Shown one piece after another: positions 16,501-25,713 of a stretch of 64,000 bases of DNA. The DNA is taken from positions 28 through 64,027 of IMG/VR virus record IMGVR_UViG_3300032281_001326; one strand, given 5' to 3'. The notes below the pieces were generated by a model. That model ran no database searches and was not told the origin of the DNA. It saw only the letters and a program-made list of their open reading frames with translations. Source of the stretch: a virus (taxonomy: Duplodnaviria > Caudoviricetes). Within the stretch, counting starts at the first letter, position 1, and each line of letters begins with the position of its first letter. The position numbers were made by a program, and so were the translations under genes.

Positions 16501-17980
16501 TTTTGTCAACTGTTTTCCCATTTTTATCAAAAATTTGAAATTTTAATCCTCCCTTTTTTACCAAGGAATCGAGACTTCCCTTTTCTTCTACGTTGAAATT
16601 TTTTACATCAAAGGAAATATAATTGCTGACGAATTTTTTTTCTCCGTCTATATTTCTTTCTACAAGATCAACATGCCCGGCTGCTTCTTTTCCTTGAAAG
16701 CGACTTGCGGTTGTAACCAGTTTATGGGTCCCCCAGTCTTCTCCGTCTTCAGCTATTTCATCAATAGTTTTTCTTCTAAAGATTCCAACGTAAGAGGCGA
16801 ACCATTGGAGTCTATCTGAAAGAGCGATGGCAGAAGAATCGTCTGAAAAGCTTCCGGCTTTTTTATTTTGACTTTCTCCGCTTCGGTTCATTTGTGTCGA
16901 GGTTAAGATAACGCAATTCAGTTCCTCTCCTAGTTTTTTTAATTTATCTGTTTTGTCTCCAATTACTTGATATTCTTTCCACGATTCGGAAACTCCTTCT
17001 CCTGTCATTTTTAAGTAATCGTACGTTATAATCGCCTTCTCTCCTCTTCCAACTTTTGAATAATACCATCTTCTGGCAATAGAAAGAATCTCATTCGTGC
17101 TTTTATTTCCGACTTTTAAATGGTGAAATTTAAAGTTTTTGATTTTGATCCACGTGGCTTTAATTTTTTGTGTCATTTCTGGATTTTTTCTCCAGTTTCC
17201 GGTGTCGATGTACCAGAATGGTACTCCGGATATAGAGGCGATAAGCCTTTTTTGGACATCCAGTGTTTCCATTTCTGTATCAAGATACAAACACGACACT
17301 TGACCATTATATGTCTCGTTGCATATTTTATAATTTAAATCACAAAGCATGGTCGTCTTGCCGGACTTTGGTCTGGCGACAAAAGCATAAAGATTTTTTG
17401 GTCGAAGACCTCCGTAGAGTCTGTTGAAGTCTTTGAATGGGGTTAGAAAGCCTGAGTCGTCAACTGGGTTATTACCAATTTCTTCGATTTGAAATTGAGC
17501 ATCCTCGAAAATATTTGTAGGTTCGTCAAACAAATCATATGCGCTTATTTTTTCGTTATAAATAGCGTCAGCAGCAGAGATGATTTGATCAGCAGACATC
17601 TCTTCTTTTGCGGACATTCTTGATTTTAGCTTTTCTGCTGTTTCGTAGATCTCTCTTCTTATTGTTAGCGTTTTTAATGTTTTAGCGGATTCTATAAAAG
17701 CTTTTTCAGATAGATTAATTAAGCTTAAACTTTGCAAGTACTCGTATGGATTTACGCTATTTTTAAATGTGATTCCTAAATTTTTTATCTTTTCGCTAAT
17801 AAGAACATTGTCAATATCTTCTGACTGACCGATACTTGACTTTATCACAGAGAAAATTATAGAATGAATATCATGATAGAAGTCTTTTTCATTAATAAAG
17901 CTATCAATTTCGTAGAAATTTTTTGGATATTTTAGACATCCAGCGATAACGTGCTTTTCTACGGGTAGAGAATAAATCAT
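16478..17980 (-). CDS. dnaB: Replicative DNA helicase
   Basis: Walker A ARPKSGKT, DTEM, YDYL, QMNR; DnaB N-terminal domain. Confidence 0.92.
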   Translation of the reverse strand: MIYSLPVEKHVIAGCLKYPKNFYEIDSFINEKDFYHDIHSIIFSVIKSSIGQSEDIDNVLISEKIKNLGITFKNSVNPYEYLQSLSLINLSEKAFIESAKTLKTLTIRREIYETAEKLKSRMSAKEEMSADQIISAADAIYNEKISAYDLFDEPTNIFEDAQFQIEEIGNNPVDDSGFLTPFKDFNRLYGGLRPKNLYAFVARPKSGKTTMLCDLNYKICNETYNGQVSCLYLDTEMETLDVQKRLIASISGVPFWYIDTGNWRKNPEMTQKIKATWIKIKNFKFHHLKVGNKSTNEILSIARRWYYSKVGRGEKAIITYDYLKMTGEGVSESWKEYQVIGDKTDKLKKLGEELNCVILTSTQMNRSGESQNKKAGSFSDDSSAIALSDRLQWFASYVGIFRRKTIDEIAEDGEDWGTHKLVTTASRFQGKEAAGHVDLVERNIDGEKKFVSNYISFDVKNFNVEEKGSLDSLVKKGGLKFQIFDKNGKTVDKNENDDLL

Positions 17981-17992
17981 AAGGCTTTTTAT

Positions 17993-18021
17993 ACTTTAAA
18001 ATATTTTTTAGATTTTGTCAA
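17993..18021 (-). promoter_or_regulatory. Sigma70-type promoter TTGACA-N17-TAAAGT
   Basis: Intergenic, 12 nt upstream of the dnaB ATG. Confidence 0.8.
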
Positions 18022-18026
18022 TTGCT

Positions 18027-18296
18027 CTATTCATTATCGTCATCGCCATCTTGACCGTATAAAAAGGATATGTCTTTTTTTATTCTTTCTTTTCTGAATT
18101 CTCTTTCTGCTTCGAGCCAGTCAAGCGCAAATCCTTTAACTTGAGATTCTTGACCTATTCCATCAAAGCTTTCATATATTGATGGTTTGTTTTCTGAATC
18201 CAGAATAAAAATTAAATAACCACCTCCACTCATCTCTTCTAGTTGAGATAGTATTGATTCTGGAAGTTCGAACTGATGATTGTATTCTTCACTCAT
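18027..18296 (-). CDS. Hypothetical acidic protein
   Basis: 89-aa ORF within the operon. Confidence 0.65.
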   Translation of the reverse strand: MSEEYNHQFELPESILSQLEEMSGGGYLIFILDSENKPSIYESFDGIGQESQVKGFALDWLEAEREFRKERIKKDISFLYGQDGDDDNE

Positions 18297-18718
18297 AGTG
18301 TAACTGAAAATTTGCTTTCTATTCCTTTTCTATTTAAATTTGTCGTTTCGTAGTCGTATATTTCTATTAGTTTTATATTATTAATTTCCAACCATTTTAT
18401 TTTTTGAAAATCTCGCTTTATTGATTTGATGAATCCGATTCTGGTTTTATGAAAAAATTTATTAAAAGCTTCGTGTTGTTGTCCAGAAACTTCTACAGCT
18501 ATCATCTTTGTAAAATTAATTAAATCCACCCTCAGTCTGCTTCCTGGGATGATAAACTCTTCACAAACCGAATCTCCAAGCCAAAAATCTTTTAAAAACT
18601 GCTTTGTTCTATATTGAGGCGCACTGGCTCTTTTTGAACCCCAGTCTATTTTGTATTTTGATATGGATACATTTCTACTCTTGCCTCTTATATCAAGAAG
18701 AGTCATTAGCTGGTGCAA
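18293..18718 (-). CDS. DUF559/Vsr-like endonuclease
   Basis: EEF...RVDL...AVEVSGQQH...RDFQK..WLE.NNIKLIEI. Confidence 0.7.
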   Translation of the reverse strand: MHQLMTLLDIRGKSRNVSISKYKIDWGSKRASAPQYRTKQFLKDFWLGDSVCEEFIIPGSRLRVDLINFTKMIAVEVSGQQHEAFNKFFHKTRIGFIKSIKRDFQKIKWLEINNIKLIEIYDYETTNLNRKGIESKFSVTL

Positions 18719-19788
18719 ATTTCTTTAAATTTATTAAAGAGATACTTGGTGGCTTCCTGATTGTTCGTGAGATAAGTTCTCAGATTGTCGATTCCTTGAA
18801 TCGTTTCGGGAAAGTCAATTTTTTTTGATTTTAATTCTTCTATAAGAGAAGACTCAATTTTTATCCATGCTCCGGCTTTTTTTGCTAGCTCCCACATTAT
18901 CATAAGGTCTGCTATTTCGTATTCTATCCAAATAGAGTTTCCTCCATTCTGGCTATGCTTAATTGGATACCTAATCTCTTTTCCGTCTTTTTCGTTTGTT
19001 GACTTTTTAAAAGTTATTTTAGCCCAATGACCTATATTTTCTTCTTTGCCATTTACGGAGGCGGTAATGTAGTCAGACTTATATCTAGGAGCGAATTCAA
19101 AAATCCAATCAGAGTAATGTAATAAAGCTGATCCGCCTGATGCATTTGTTAATCTTGGGTCGGTTTTTGCATATTGATTAATTTTAACTTCACTTCTTAC
19201 TTGACTAATCATTGCGCAAATATGTCCGCCGACTGAAAAAGGCAAAGCCATTTTCTTTAAGAAGTGCGAAGATATTGCTGCTCCTCCGCTAACTTTTACC
19301 GCGTCTTCAAAAGTTTTATCCTTGTCTCCTTTGGGGATAAGAGCATCCATGCTGTCAATTATAAAAAAGTAAGAAATGTCTTCTTCATTATTTTGAACAA
19401 GTTTATGAATTAGATTAGCGGCGGTTTCGTATATGTTGGTTTTAAATATAAAACAACTTCCATCAGCCCAATCTTCAGCATCCTCTACAAAATTTATACC
19501 GGATCTGTCTACTACGCTTTTAGATAGCCTTCCCTCAGCCTTAATATATAAGCCTTTCCTATTCTTAGAAGATGTAAGAAAGCTTTTCATGATTGAAAGA
19601 CTTGCGCTAGTTTTGCCTCCTCCGGAAACTCCGCTAAATCTAAGAATTGACGGATGTAGTCCGCCGCCAACTTCAATGTCAAAGATTAGACTGCCTGTTG
19701 AAACGATAAAGTCTTTATCTTTAACAAAGTTGAAGTGTTCCTCTTTGTTTGTTTTTAAATAGCTTGATAGTAATTCTTTTGAGTTCAT
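18706..19788 (-). CDS. recA: RecA/UvsX-like recombinase
   Basis: STGSLIFD..GGG, Walker A GVSGGGKT, IIDSM, ISQVR, SGGSALLHYSD. Confidence 0.9.
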   Translation of the reverse strand: MNSKELLSSYLKTNKEEHFNFVKDKDFIVSTGSLIFDIEVGGGLHPSILRFSGVSGGGKTSASLSIMKSFLTSSKNRKGLYIKAEGRLSKSVVDRSGINFVEDAEDWADGSCFIFKTNIYETAANLIHKLVQNNEEDISYFFIIDSMDALIPKGDKDKTFEDAVKVSGGAAISSHFLKKMALPFSVGGHICAMISQVRSEVKINQYAKTDPRLTNASGGSALLHYSDWIFEFAPRYKSDYITASVNGKEENIGHWAKITFKKSTNEKDGKEIRYPIKHSQNGGNSIWIEYEIADLMIMWELAKKAGAWIKIESSLIEELKSKKIDFPETIQGIDNLRTYLTNNQEATKYLFNKFKEICTS

Positions 19789-19794
19789 TTTTAT

Positions 19795-20175
19795 TTATTT
19801 TTTTATAAAATCCATTATTGTTTTTGGTTTTTTGGGAATCAAGGGTTCGTCTGAGCCAAGTTTTTTTTCATCTAGCTTTATTTCTTCTTTTACTTCTTTC
19901 TTTAACTCTAGGTTAAAAGTTGCGTATTTCTCATTCAAGTATCTTCTTCCGTCTCTGGTTAAGAACCAAGCTAGCGAGGGTAGCTGAAACTCCGGTCTGG
20001 CATGAAACCAGAATTCCGGATTAGGGCATTTATCTACCAAAGAGTTCATTATCTTGATCTCTTTGGCCCAAGGGATCTCCTTATGTCTTGATTTTGGGAG
20101 ACGAAAGCAAGAAATAATAAATTCAGTCTTATAATTTTTTTGGTTATAAGAATCTTTATATTTATACTTTGACAT
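19795..20175 (-). CDS. Hypothetical phage protein
   Basis: 126-aa ORF with its own promoter. Confidence 0.7.
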   Translation of the reverse strand: MSKYKYKDSYNQKNYKTEFIISCFRLPKSRHKEIPWAKEIKIMNSLVDKCPNPEFWFHARPEFQLPSLAWFLTRDGRRYLNEKYATFNLELKKEVKEEIKLDEKKLGSDEPLIPKKPKTIMDFIKK

Positions 20176-20186
20176 TTATAATCATA

Positions 20187-20214
20187 AGTATAAACATTAT
20201 TAGAATTATGTCAA
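20187..20214 (-). promoter_or_regulatory. Sigma70-type promoter TTGACA-N16-TATACT
   Basis: 11 nt upstream of ATG 20175. Confidence 0.7.
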
Positions 20215-20393
20215 GCTCTTTTGTCTTCGAAGAGGGAGCAATCTGCGCATATTTCTGGTTTTACGTCGATTATTGACCTTAACAGGCATTGATAAACTAG
20301 CTTTTTCTTTTTTCGACATGGGCAGCCGTCAAATATCTCAATTTGCTCTTCTGGCTTGTGCTTACAAAAATTAAATTTTTCTTCGCCACTCAT
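20211..20393 (-). CDS. Small Cys-rich hypothetical protein
   Basis: 60 aa with 6 Cys including CPC and CxxC. Confidence 0.55.
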   Translation of the reverse strand: MSGEEKFNFCKHKPEEQIEIFDGCPCRKKKKLVYQCLLRSIIDVKPEICADCSLFEDKRA

Positions 20394-20401
20394 ATTATAT
20401 A

Positions 20402-21541
20402 TTACACGTTCGCAATATCGTTTTCTACCATTTTTTTTACAAGGCTATCAAATGTTATCTCTGGTTTCCAGTTTAATTCTTTTCTTGCTAGATTAGAATC
20501 TCCAAATAAAAGTTCCACTTCCGCTGGTCTATAAAACTTTGGATTAATTTCGACTAAAATTTGTCCTGTATCTTTTCTAAAAACTTCATTTTCTGGTTTT
20601 TTGTCTTCATGATTTAGATTTTTAAAAGACCAATGTCCTTTAATACCGGCTACTTCAAAGGCTTTTTCAACAAATTCCCTAACTGTATGCGTTTCATTTG
20701 AAGATAAAACATAGTCTTTTGGCTCTTTTTGGTTAAGCATCTTCCATATACCGTCAACAAAGTCTTGTGCGTGGCTCCAATCTCTTTTTGCATCAATGTT
20801 GCCTAATTCAAGTGGTGTAATTTTTACGTCGGCGCTTATTTCTTTTTTGATTCTGGCTACATTTGTTGTTATTTTTCTTGTAACAAATTCGACACCGCGT
20901 CTTTCCGATTCGTGATTGAATAACCATCCCTGAATTGCATACAAGCCGTACGACTCTCTATAAACTTTTACAAGTTGTCTAGCGGCAGCTTTGCTGGCTC
21001 CATACGGACTTCTTGGTTTTAATGGATGGTTTTCATCTTGAGGAACGTATGAAACGTTGCCGAATTCTTCGCTTGAGCCAGCTTGGTACATTTTACAATC
21101 TGGTTTATGTAGCCTAATTGCTTCAAGTATATCTAATACGGATGTAGAATTTGTAGCCCAGGTTTGCCTCGCAAAGTCCCAGCTACTAGCGACGAAACTT
21201 TGAGCTGCAAGATTTATAAAATATTCCGGCTGAAGCTTTTCAACGATTCTGCAAATAGAGTGTGAATCTGTTAAATCAAAATTAAGCAATAAAAATCTAT
21301 CATGATTTATGTGCTTTATATTTGTATGGTTGTAAACGCTTAATCTTCTTACTCCTCCAACTATGTATAAGTCTGTATTTTTAAGTAAATAATCTACCAT
21401 GTAGCTTCCGTCTTGCCCCGTGACACCTGTGACTATGCAAGTTTTTTTACCCGTCAATAGCTTAGATGCTTCATCTATATTTAAAATATTTACTGTGTCT
21501 ATTTTTTTCCCAAAAAGGGTTTCTTGTATGTTATTGCTCAT
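20402..21541 (-). CDS. gmd: GDP-mannose 4,6-dehydratase
   Basis: TGVTGQDGSY, LAAQSFV, SSEEFG, SPYGASK, FNHESERRG..FVTRKIT, LGNIDAKRDW. Confidence 0.96.
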   Translation of the reverse strand: MSNNIQETLFGKKIDTVNILNIDEASKLLTGKKTCIVTGVTGQDGSYMVDYLLKNTDLYIVGGVRRLSVYNHTNIKHINHDRFLLLNFDLTDSHSICRIVEKLQPEYFINLAAQSFVASSWDFARQTWATNSTSVLDILEAIRLHKPDCKMYQAGSSEEFGNVSYVPQDENHPLKPRSPYGASKAAARQLVKVYRESYGLYAIQGWLFNHESERRGVEFVTRKITTNVARIKKEISADVKITPLELGNIDAKRDWSHAQDFVDGIWKMLNQKEPKDYVLSSNETHTVREFVEKAFEVAGIKGHWSFKNLNHEDKKPENEVFRKDTGQILVEINPKFYRPAEVELLFGDSNLARKELNWKPEITFDSLVKKMVENDIANV

Positions 21542-21575
21542 TTTTTATTATAATATTATATGTTATATTTTGTTA

Positions 21576-22679
21576 TTATAAATAGATTAAATCTTTTTCA
21601 TAATTTTTAATGCAATTGACTTTTAAGGTAAAAACATGAACTTGGTACTCTCCTATGCATTTAATTTTTTCAAAAATGAAATCAGACATATTTTGAATAA
21701 AGTAGAAAGCTTTTTGATCAAATTCATTTCCATTGAATGAAATTACTATATCTGTTTCAGTATTTGGATTAAAATCACTAATTAAATTAACTCTTTGATT
21801 TAAATCAAAAGAAGTATTGGGCTGTTCGGATGAGATGTAATCATATTTATTTTCTACAAAAATTTTACCACACCAAGGTTCAAGCAATTTTATTAAATCT
21901 AGTGTCGAATTCTTGATTACAAGCGAAATGTTATATTTTTTATTATATTGCGAATTTGTAAATCCCCATTTACGTATAAAGTTTTTATTCGCGTTTTGCT
22001 CTATTATTTCATGCCCTTCGGTTCTAGAGGTTTTGCTTACAAAATGATAAACACAGGCATTGGATATAACTCTTTTTAATCCAGAAATTTTGTACCTGAC
22101 GTGAATATCTCCATCTGCGCTCCAGCACTGTGGGGGATTAAATGTTTTTTCGTCAAGTTTAATATAATTTTTCTTAAAACAGGCAATAAATAAATATCCA
22201 CCGCCTTCATATTTTGCGTCATAATTTGAACAAAAATCTATGACGGCTTTTTTATTTAATGTTTTCAAATCATGGCCAAAGTCTCTAACTATTTTTCCTG
22301 GCTCTTCTCCTGGAAAACGAGGAGGTTCTATTCTGGCAAAAGATACTATTGAATGCTCGTCTAGATCCGTAAGTAATTTATTTTTAAAATCTGGAGGAAC
22401 AAACATGTCATTGTGCAATAATGCGACTATATTGGTTGTTGCATTCTTTACAGCTATATTATAGTTTTCGCATAAATTAACGCGGATATTTTCAATATAA
22501 ATTAAATTTTCATCTTTTATTTTTTGAAAAAAAAATGATGTGTCCGTCTCCGTGCTGCCCCCATTTGAAATTACTATTTCGTCTTCCGGAAAATATTCTT
22601 TTAAATTAAGATATATGCTTTTTGTATATTCAAAGTTATTAAATACTGGAATAACGAATGATATTTTTGTGTTGTCCAT
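21576..22679 (-). CDS. Glycosyltransferase family 2
   Basis: ISFVIPVFN, NIAVKNA, LLHNDM, ADGD..R, VYHFVSKTSR. Confidence 0.85.
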   Translation of the reverse strand: MDNTKISFVIPVFNNFEYTKSIYLNLKEYFPEDEIVISNGGSTETDTSFFFQKIKDENLIYIENIRVNLCENYNIAVKNATTNIVALLHNDMFVPPDFKNKLLTDLDEHSIVSFARIEPPRFPGEEPGKIVRDFGHDLKTLNKKAVIDFCSNYDAKYEGGGYLFIACFKKNYIKLDEKTFNPPQCWSADGDIHVRYKISGLKRVISNACVYHFVSKTSRTEGHEIIEQNANKNFIRKWGFTNSQYNKKYNISLVIKNSTLDLIKLLEPWCGKIFVENKYDYISSEQPNTSFDLNQRVNLISDFNPNTETDIVISFNGNEFDQKAFYFIQNMSDFIFEKIKCIGEYQVHVFTLKVNCIKNYEKDLIYL

Positions 22680-22684
22680 ATTTT

Positions 22685-23254
22685 TTATCTTTTTAGTCCA
22701 TAGAAATAAAGGTCGTGATGATTGGTCTCTATTTCGAATTCGTACTGATAAAACAAATTGTCTATATTTATTGATTCTCTTATGTCTTCTTCTGTTAAAT
22801 TTTTATAATAATCATTGTTCCAATTTTCTCGAATTACATTCGGCATCGTTTTCCAATTTGAAAACTTTTTCTTATTTTCTTCTTCAAGAGATTTTACCCC
22901 ATGAACTGGTCTTCCTGTTGTTGCGCATGTAAATAAGAATAAACCATTTGATTTTAATATTCTTACAGCGTTTTGAATGGTTTCTTTATAGAAGGGATTA
23001 TGCTCAAAGCATTCGCATGAAATTATTACGTCATAGCTGCAGTCTGGAGCGTCGTACTCCTGGGCTGGGCAAACTATATCCACTCCCGGACCTGGACCAA
23101 GGTCTAAGCCTTTGTAGTCACACTCGTCGAAAAATTGATCTTCCGTGCCACAAACATTGAATGTGCCTATTCCAAGAACCTTCTTTTTATGGAAAAATTC
23201 GGGAAAAGTTCTTTTAATTTTATTTATGTAATTTATTTGTTCTATATGAGCCAT
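22685..23254 (-). CDS. Class I SAM-dependent methyltransferase
   Basis: VLGIG, GLDLGPGPGVD, YDVIISCECFEH, LKSNGLFLFT. Confidence 0.85.
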   Translation of the reverse strand: MAHIEQINYINKIKRTFPEFFHKKKVLGIGTFNVCGTEDQFFDECDYKGLDLGPGPGVDIVCPAQEYDAPDCSYDVIISCECFEHNPFYKETIQNAVRILKSNGLFLFTCATTGRPVHGVKSLEEENKKKFSNWKTMPNVIRENWNNDYYKNLTEEDIRESINIDNLFYQYEFEIETNHHDLYFYGLKR

Positions 23255-23256
23255 GT

Positions 23257-23931
23257 TTATAATGTATAATTTTTTATTATGTTGTTCAAAAACTCTGCTT
23301 TTTTTTCTATTGCCGTTTCGAACTTCATTTCTAGAGTTGAAAAATTACAAGCGTGATATATAAATAAACCTTCGTGATTAAATGCATGACTTGGAAAAAT
23401 CGCGGTATTGTCGCTTAAGCCTTTATAATTCCGAGCTAGCATTTGTTGAAAAATCGGTTGCTCTACAAAGAAATCGTTTTCTATTGCGATATTTACTATA
23501 TCACCAATAACTTCCCTCATGTATTCTGAATTTTTGCAAAAAAATATTCCGGTATTTACATTCCAAAATTTTGAATCGTATGCTTGATTGGTTTCGCAGA
23601 CTAAAAATTGCTTGTCGCGCTGCGCAAGATTTGGAAATATGTTTAAATTTATTTTTTCTTCTAATACTACAGCATCCGAGTCCATTAAAAAAAACCATTC
23701 AGTTTGCTTATCTGAGTCTAAAAGCTCCTTTAAAATAAACATTTTTGTCCAATATTTTTTATTTTTTTCGGACATTTTATCTGATGAGTATCTTTCTAGA
23801 TTTTCACAAAAGCTCAAGTAGTTTATATTGTATAGTTCGAAATATTTTTTATTTTTAGGCTCTACGATTTCTTGTATAGATTTAAAGTTTTTGTCGAATG
23901 TCGAAAATGCAGTTATTTTATAATGTGTCAT
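23257..23931 (-). CDS. GT34/MNN10-like (GT-A) glycosyltransferase
   Basis: WTKMFIL, WFFLMDSDAV, NTGIFF, EQPIFQ; start at ATG 23931 preferred (track 23976). Confidence 0.75.
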   Translation of the reverse strand: MTHYKITAFSTFDKNFKSIQEIVEPKNKKYFELYNINYLSFCENLERYSSDKMSEKNKKYWTKMFILKELLDSDKQTEWFFLMDSDAVVLEEKINLNIFPNLAQRDKQFLVCETNQAYDSKFWNVNTGIFFCKNSEYMREVIGDIVNIAIENDFFVEQPIFQQMLARNYKGLSDNTAIFPSHAFNHEGLFIYHACNFSTLEMKFETAIEKKAEFLNNIIKNYTL

Positions 23932-23935
23932 TTGC

Positions 23936-24550
23936 TTATCTTTCCATGGAGGCGTACATTGATAACTGTTTATCAACTTTTACTTTATCTTTTACGTGCA
24001 AAATACTATAAAGTTCAATTGGCTCTTGAATGATTGAGCCTTGGTTTTTTGCACCAGAAAGGGTTTCGTGAACTTTTCCGCTCCATTTTATATAGTCTAC
24101 ATTTTTATAAAATCTTCCTTGAAAATCTGGAAAACCCTTCCATCCCATAATGTTTTTTTCTTTATCTAGCTTTTCTTCATCTTCGTCTATTCCGTAAGTT
24201 TTATTTATTCTTGGTATCCATAATAGGTCTGTTTCATCTTTTTGCGCCACTTGTCTTAAAAAATAAATTAAACTTATTGGAATTTGTTCGTCGGCATCAA
24301 TTTGAAATATATATTTTTTACAAGATAGGGCAAATAGTTGATTTTTAAATTCGGAAAAGTCTCTTTGAAAATTAAAGAAACTTATCTTTAACTTGCAATA
24401 AGAGGCGTGATTTATTATTTGACTTGTTACTTTATTAGAATCTGCAAGTATTACAATTTCTTCGTTTTCAAAAAGATATGGATGTAAACTGTTAATTAAT
24501 CTTTTAAACTCGAATTCTTCATCTGCTACTGTTATTGCGTATGTTATCAC
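23936..24550 (-). CDS. Glycosyltransferase family 2
   Basis: ITYAITV, RDFSEFKN, IFQIDADE, PDFQGRFY, VHETL. Confidence 0.8.
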   Translation of the reverse strand: MITYAITVADEEFEFKRLINSLHPYLFENEEIVILADSNKVTSQIINHASYCKLKISFFNFQRDFSEFKNQLFALSCKKYIFQIDADEQIPISLIYFLRQVAQKDETDLLWIPRINKTYGIDEDEEKLDKEKNIMGWKGFPDFQGRFYKNVDYIKWSGKVHETLSGAKNQGSIIQEPIELYSILHVKDKVKVDKQLSMYASMER

Positions 24551-24789
24551 TCAACGTATTCCTCGAAGTTAACCATAAGCGGATTCGATTTTCTGCCAGA
24601 CCTGGAACTCATTTTTTCTCGATATTCCGTTTCAGACATTAAAATAATGTAGTCGTTTTTTATTGATTTTTCTGAAAAGGTTTCGTCGCTTTTATCACTT
24701 TTTATTATAAAAGATTTTATTTCTAGCTCTGGAAGCGTCCCAGTATTTTTGTCTTCTATTAAAAAATTATAAACTTTTATCTTTACCAT
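24547..24789 (-). CDS. Hypothetical protein
   Basis: 80-aa ORF overlapping the downstream start. Confidence 0.55.
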   Translation of the reverse strand: MVKIKVYNFLIEDKNTGTLPELEIKSFIIKSDKSDETFSEKSIKNDYIILMSETEYREKMSSRSGRKSNPLMVNFEEYVE

Positions 24790-24821
24790 AGTGAAGATAT
24801 TATATGATAATAATTGCTTTT

Positions 24822-25256
24822 TTAAATTTCAGTATTTTTTTGAAAAACCTTTTGAACCTCTGAAAGAGCTTTGTTATATATCTCCTGATAGTCTTCCGTG
24901 CTTGGAAGCGAATAGTTTGAAATCGCTCCGAGGAAATTCATTTTATTATCTTTTAGCTTATTATTAATTTCAAGAATTTCTCTCTTAGACCTTTTTTTAG
25001 CATTGTCTAACCATGAAGAAAAAAATATTTTAGCGACAGTATTATCTTTGTTTATTATGTCTCCGTTTTGGGGTTTATTTTGACAAATTTCATTAAAAAT
25101 AAAAAAAACCATTGACCCAATTAATTCTTGCATGTATCGACCTTTGAGGGTTTCAAGCAAGACAAGATTTGTTTCATTAAGATTTCTTTTTAAATCCTCT
25201 ACTGAAAAGTCATTACTTGTTATAGGATTGTCTTCGTTGAAATCTTCTTGGTACAT
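24822..25256 (-). CDS. Hypothetical protein
   Basis: 144-aa ORF within the operon. Confidence 0.65.
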   Translation of the reverse strand: MYQEDFNEDNPITSNDFSVEDLKRNLNETNLVLLETLKGRYMQELIGSMVFFIFNEICQNKPQNGDIINKDNTVAKIFFSSWLDNAKKRSKREILEINNKLKDNKMNFLGAISNYSLPSTEDYQEIYNKALSEVQKVFQKNTEI

Positions 25257-25269
25257 TTATTTTCAATAA

Positions 25270-25695
25270 TTAGTTTCCTGAACTTCCGTACCCATTGGAG
25301 GCTCTATCTGTTTCCGAGAGGCTTTCGGATTCTATAAAATTTACATTTTCATATTTTTTAAAAATTATTTGAGCGATTCTTTCTCCTTTTTGTATTTTTA
25401 TAGTTTCGTACATGTCTGTATTTAAAATAATTACTCCAATTTCGCCTCTGTAAGAGGGATCAACTATCTTTCCAAGACAGTGGGCTCCCTTTTTTAAAGC
25501 CATTCCGCTTCTATCGGAAATATGTCCATAATAGCCAGATGGCATACTTATGCATATACCAGTCTTAACAAGACATCTTTCCATTGGTTTTATAAAAAAA
25601 TCATCCGAAGAGTAAAGATCGTATCCGGCGTCATCTTGACATGACTTGCTTGGGATTTTTGCATTATCATTTAGTAGTTTGATTTCTATATTCAT
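25270..25695 (-). CDS. dut: dUTPase (trimeric)
   Basis: AGYDL, DRSGMA, VDPSYRGEI, RIAQ, RASNGYGSSG. Confidence 0.95.
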   Translation of the reverse strand: MNIEIKLLNDNAKIPSKSCQDDAGYDLYSSDDFFIKPMERCLVKTGICISMPSGYYGHISDRSGMALKKGAHCLGKIVDPSYRGEIGVIILNTDMYETIKIQKGERIAQIIFKKYENVNFIESESLSETDRASNGYGSSGN

Positions 25696-25713
25696 TGTTT
25701 TTTGCTTTTTATT

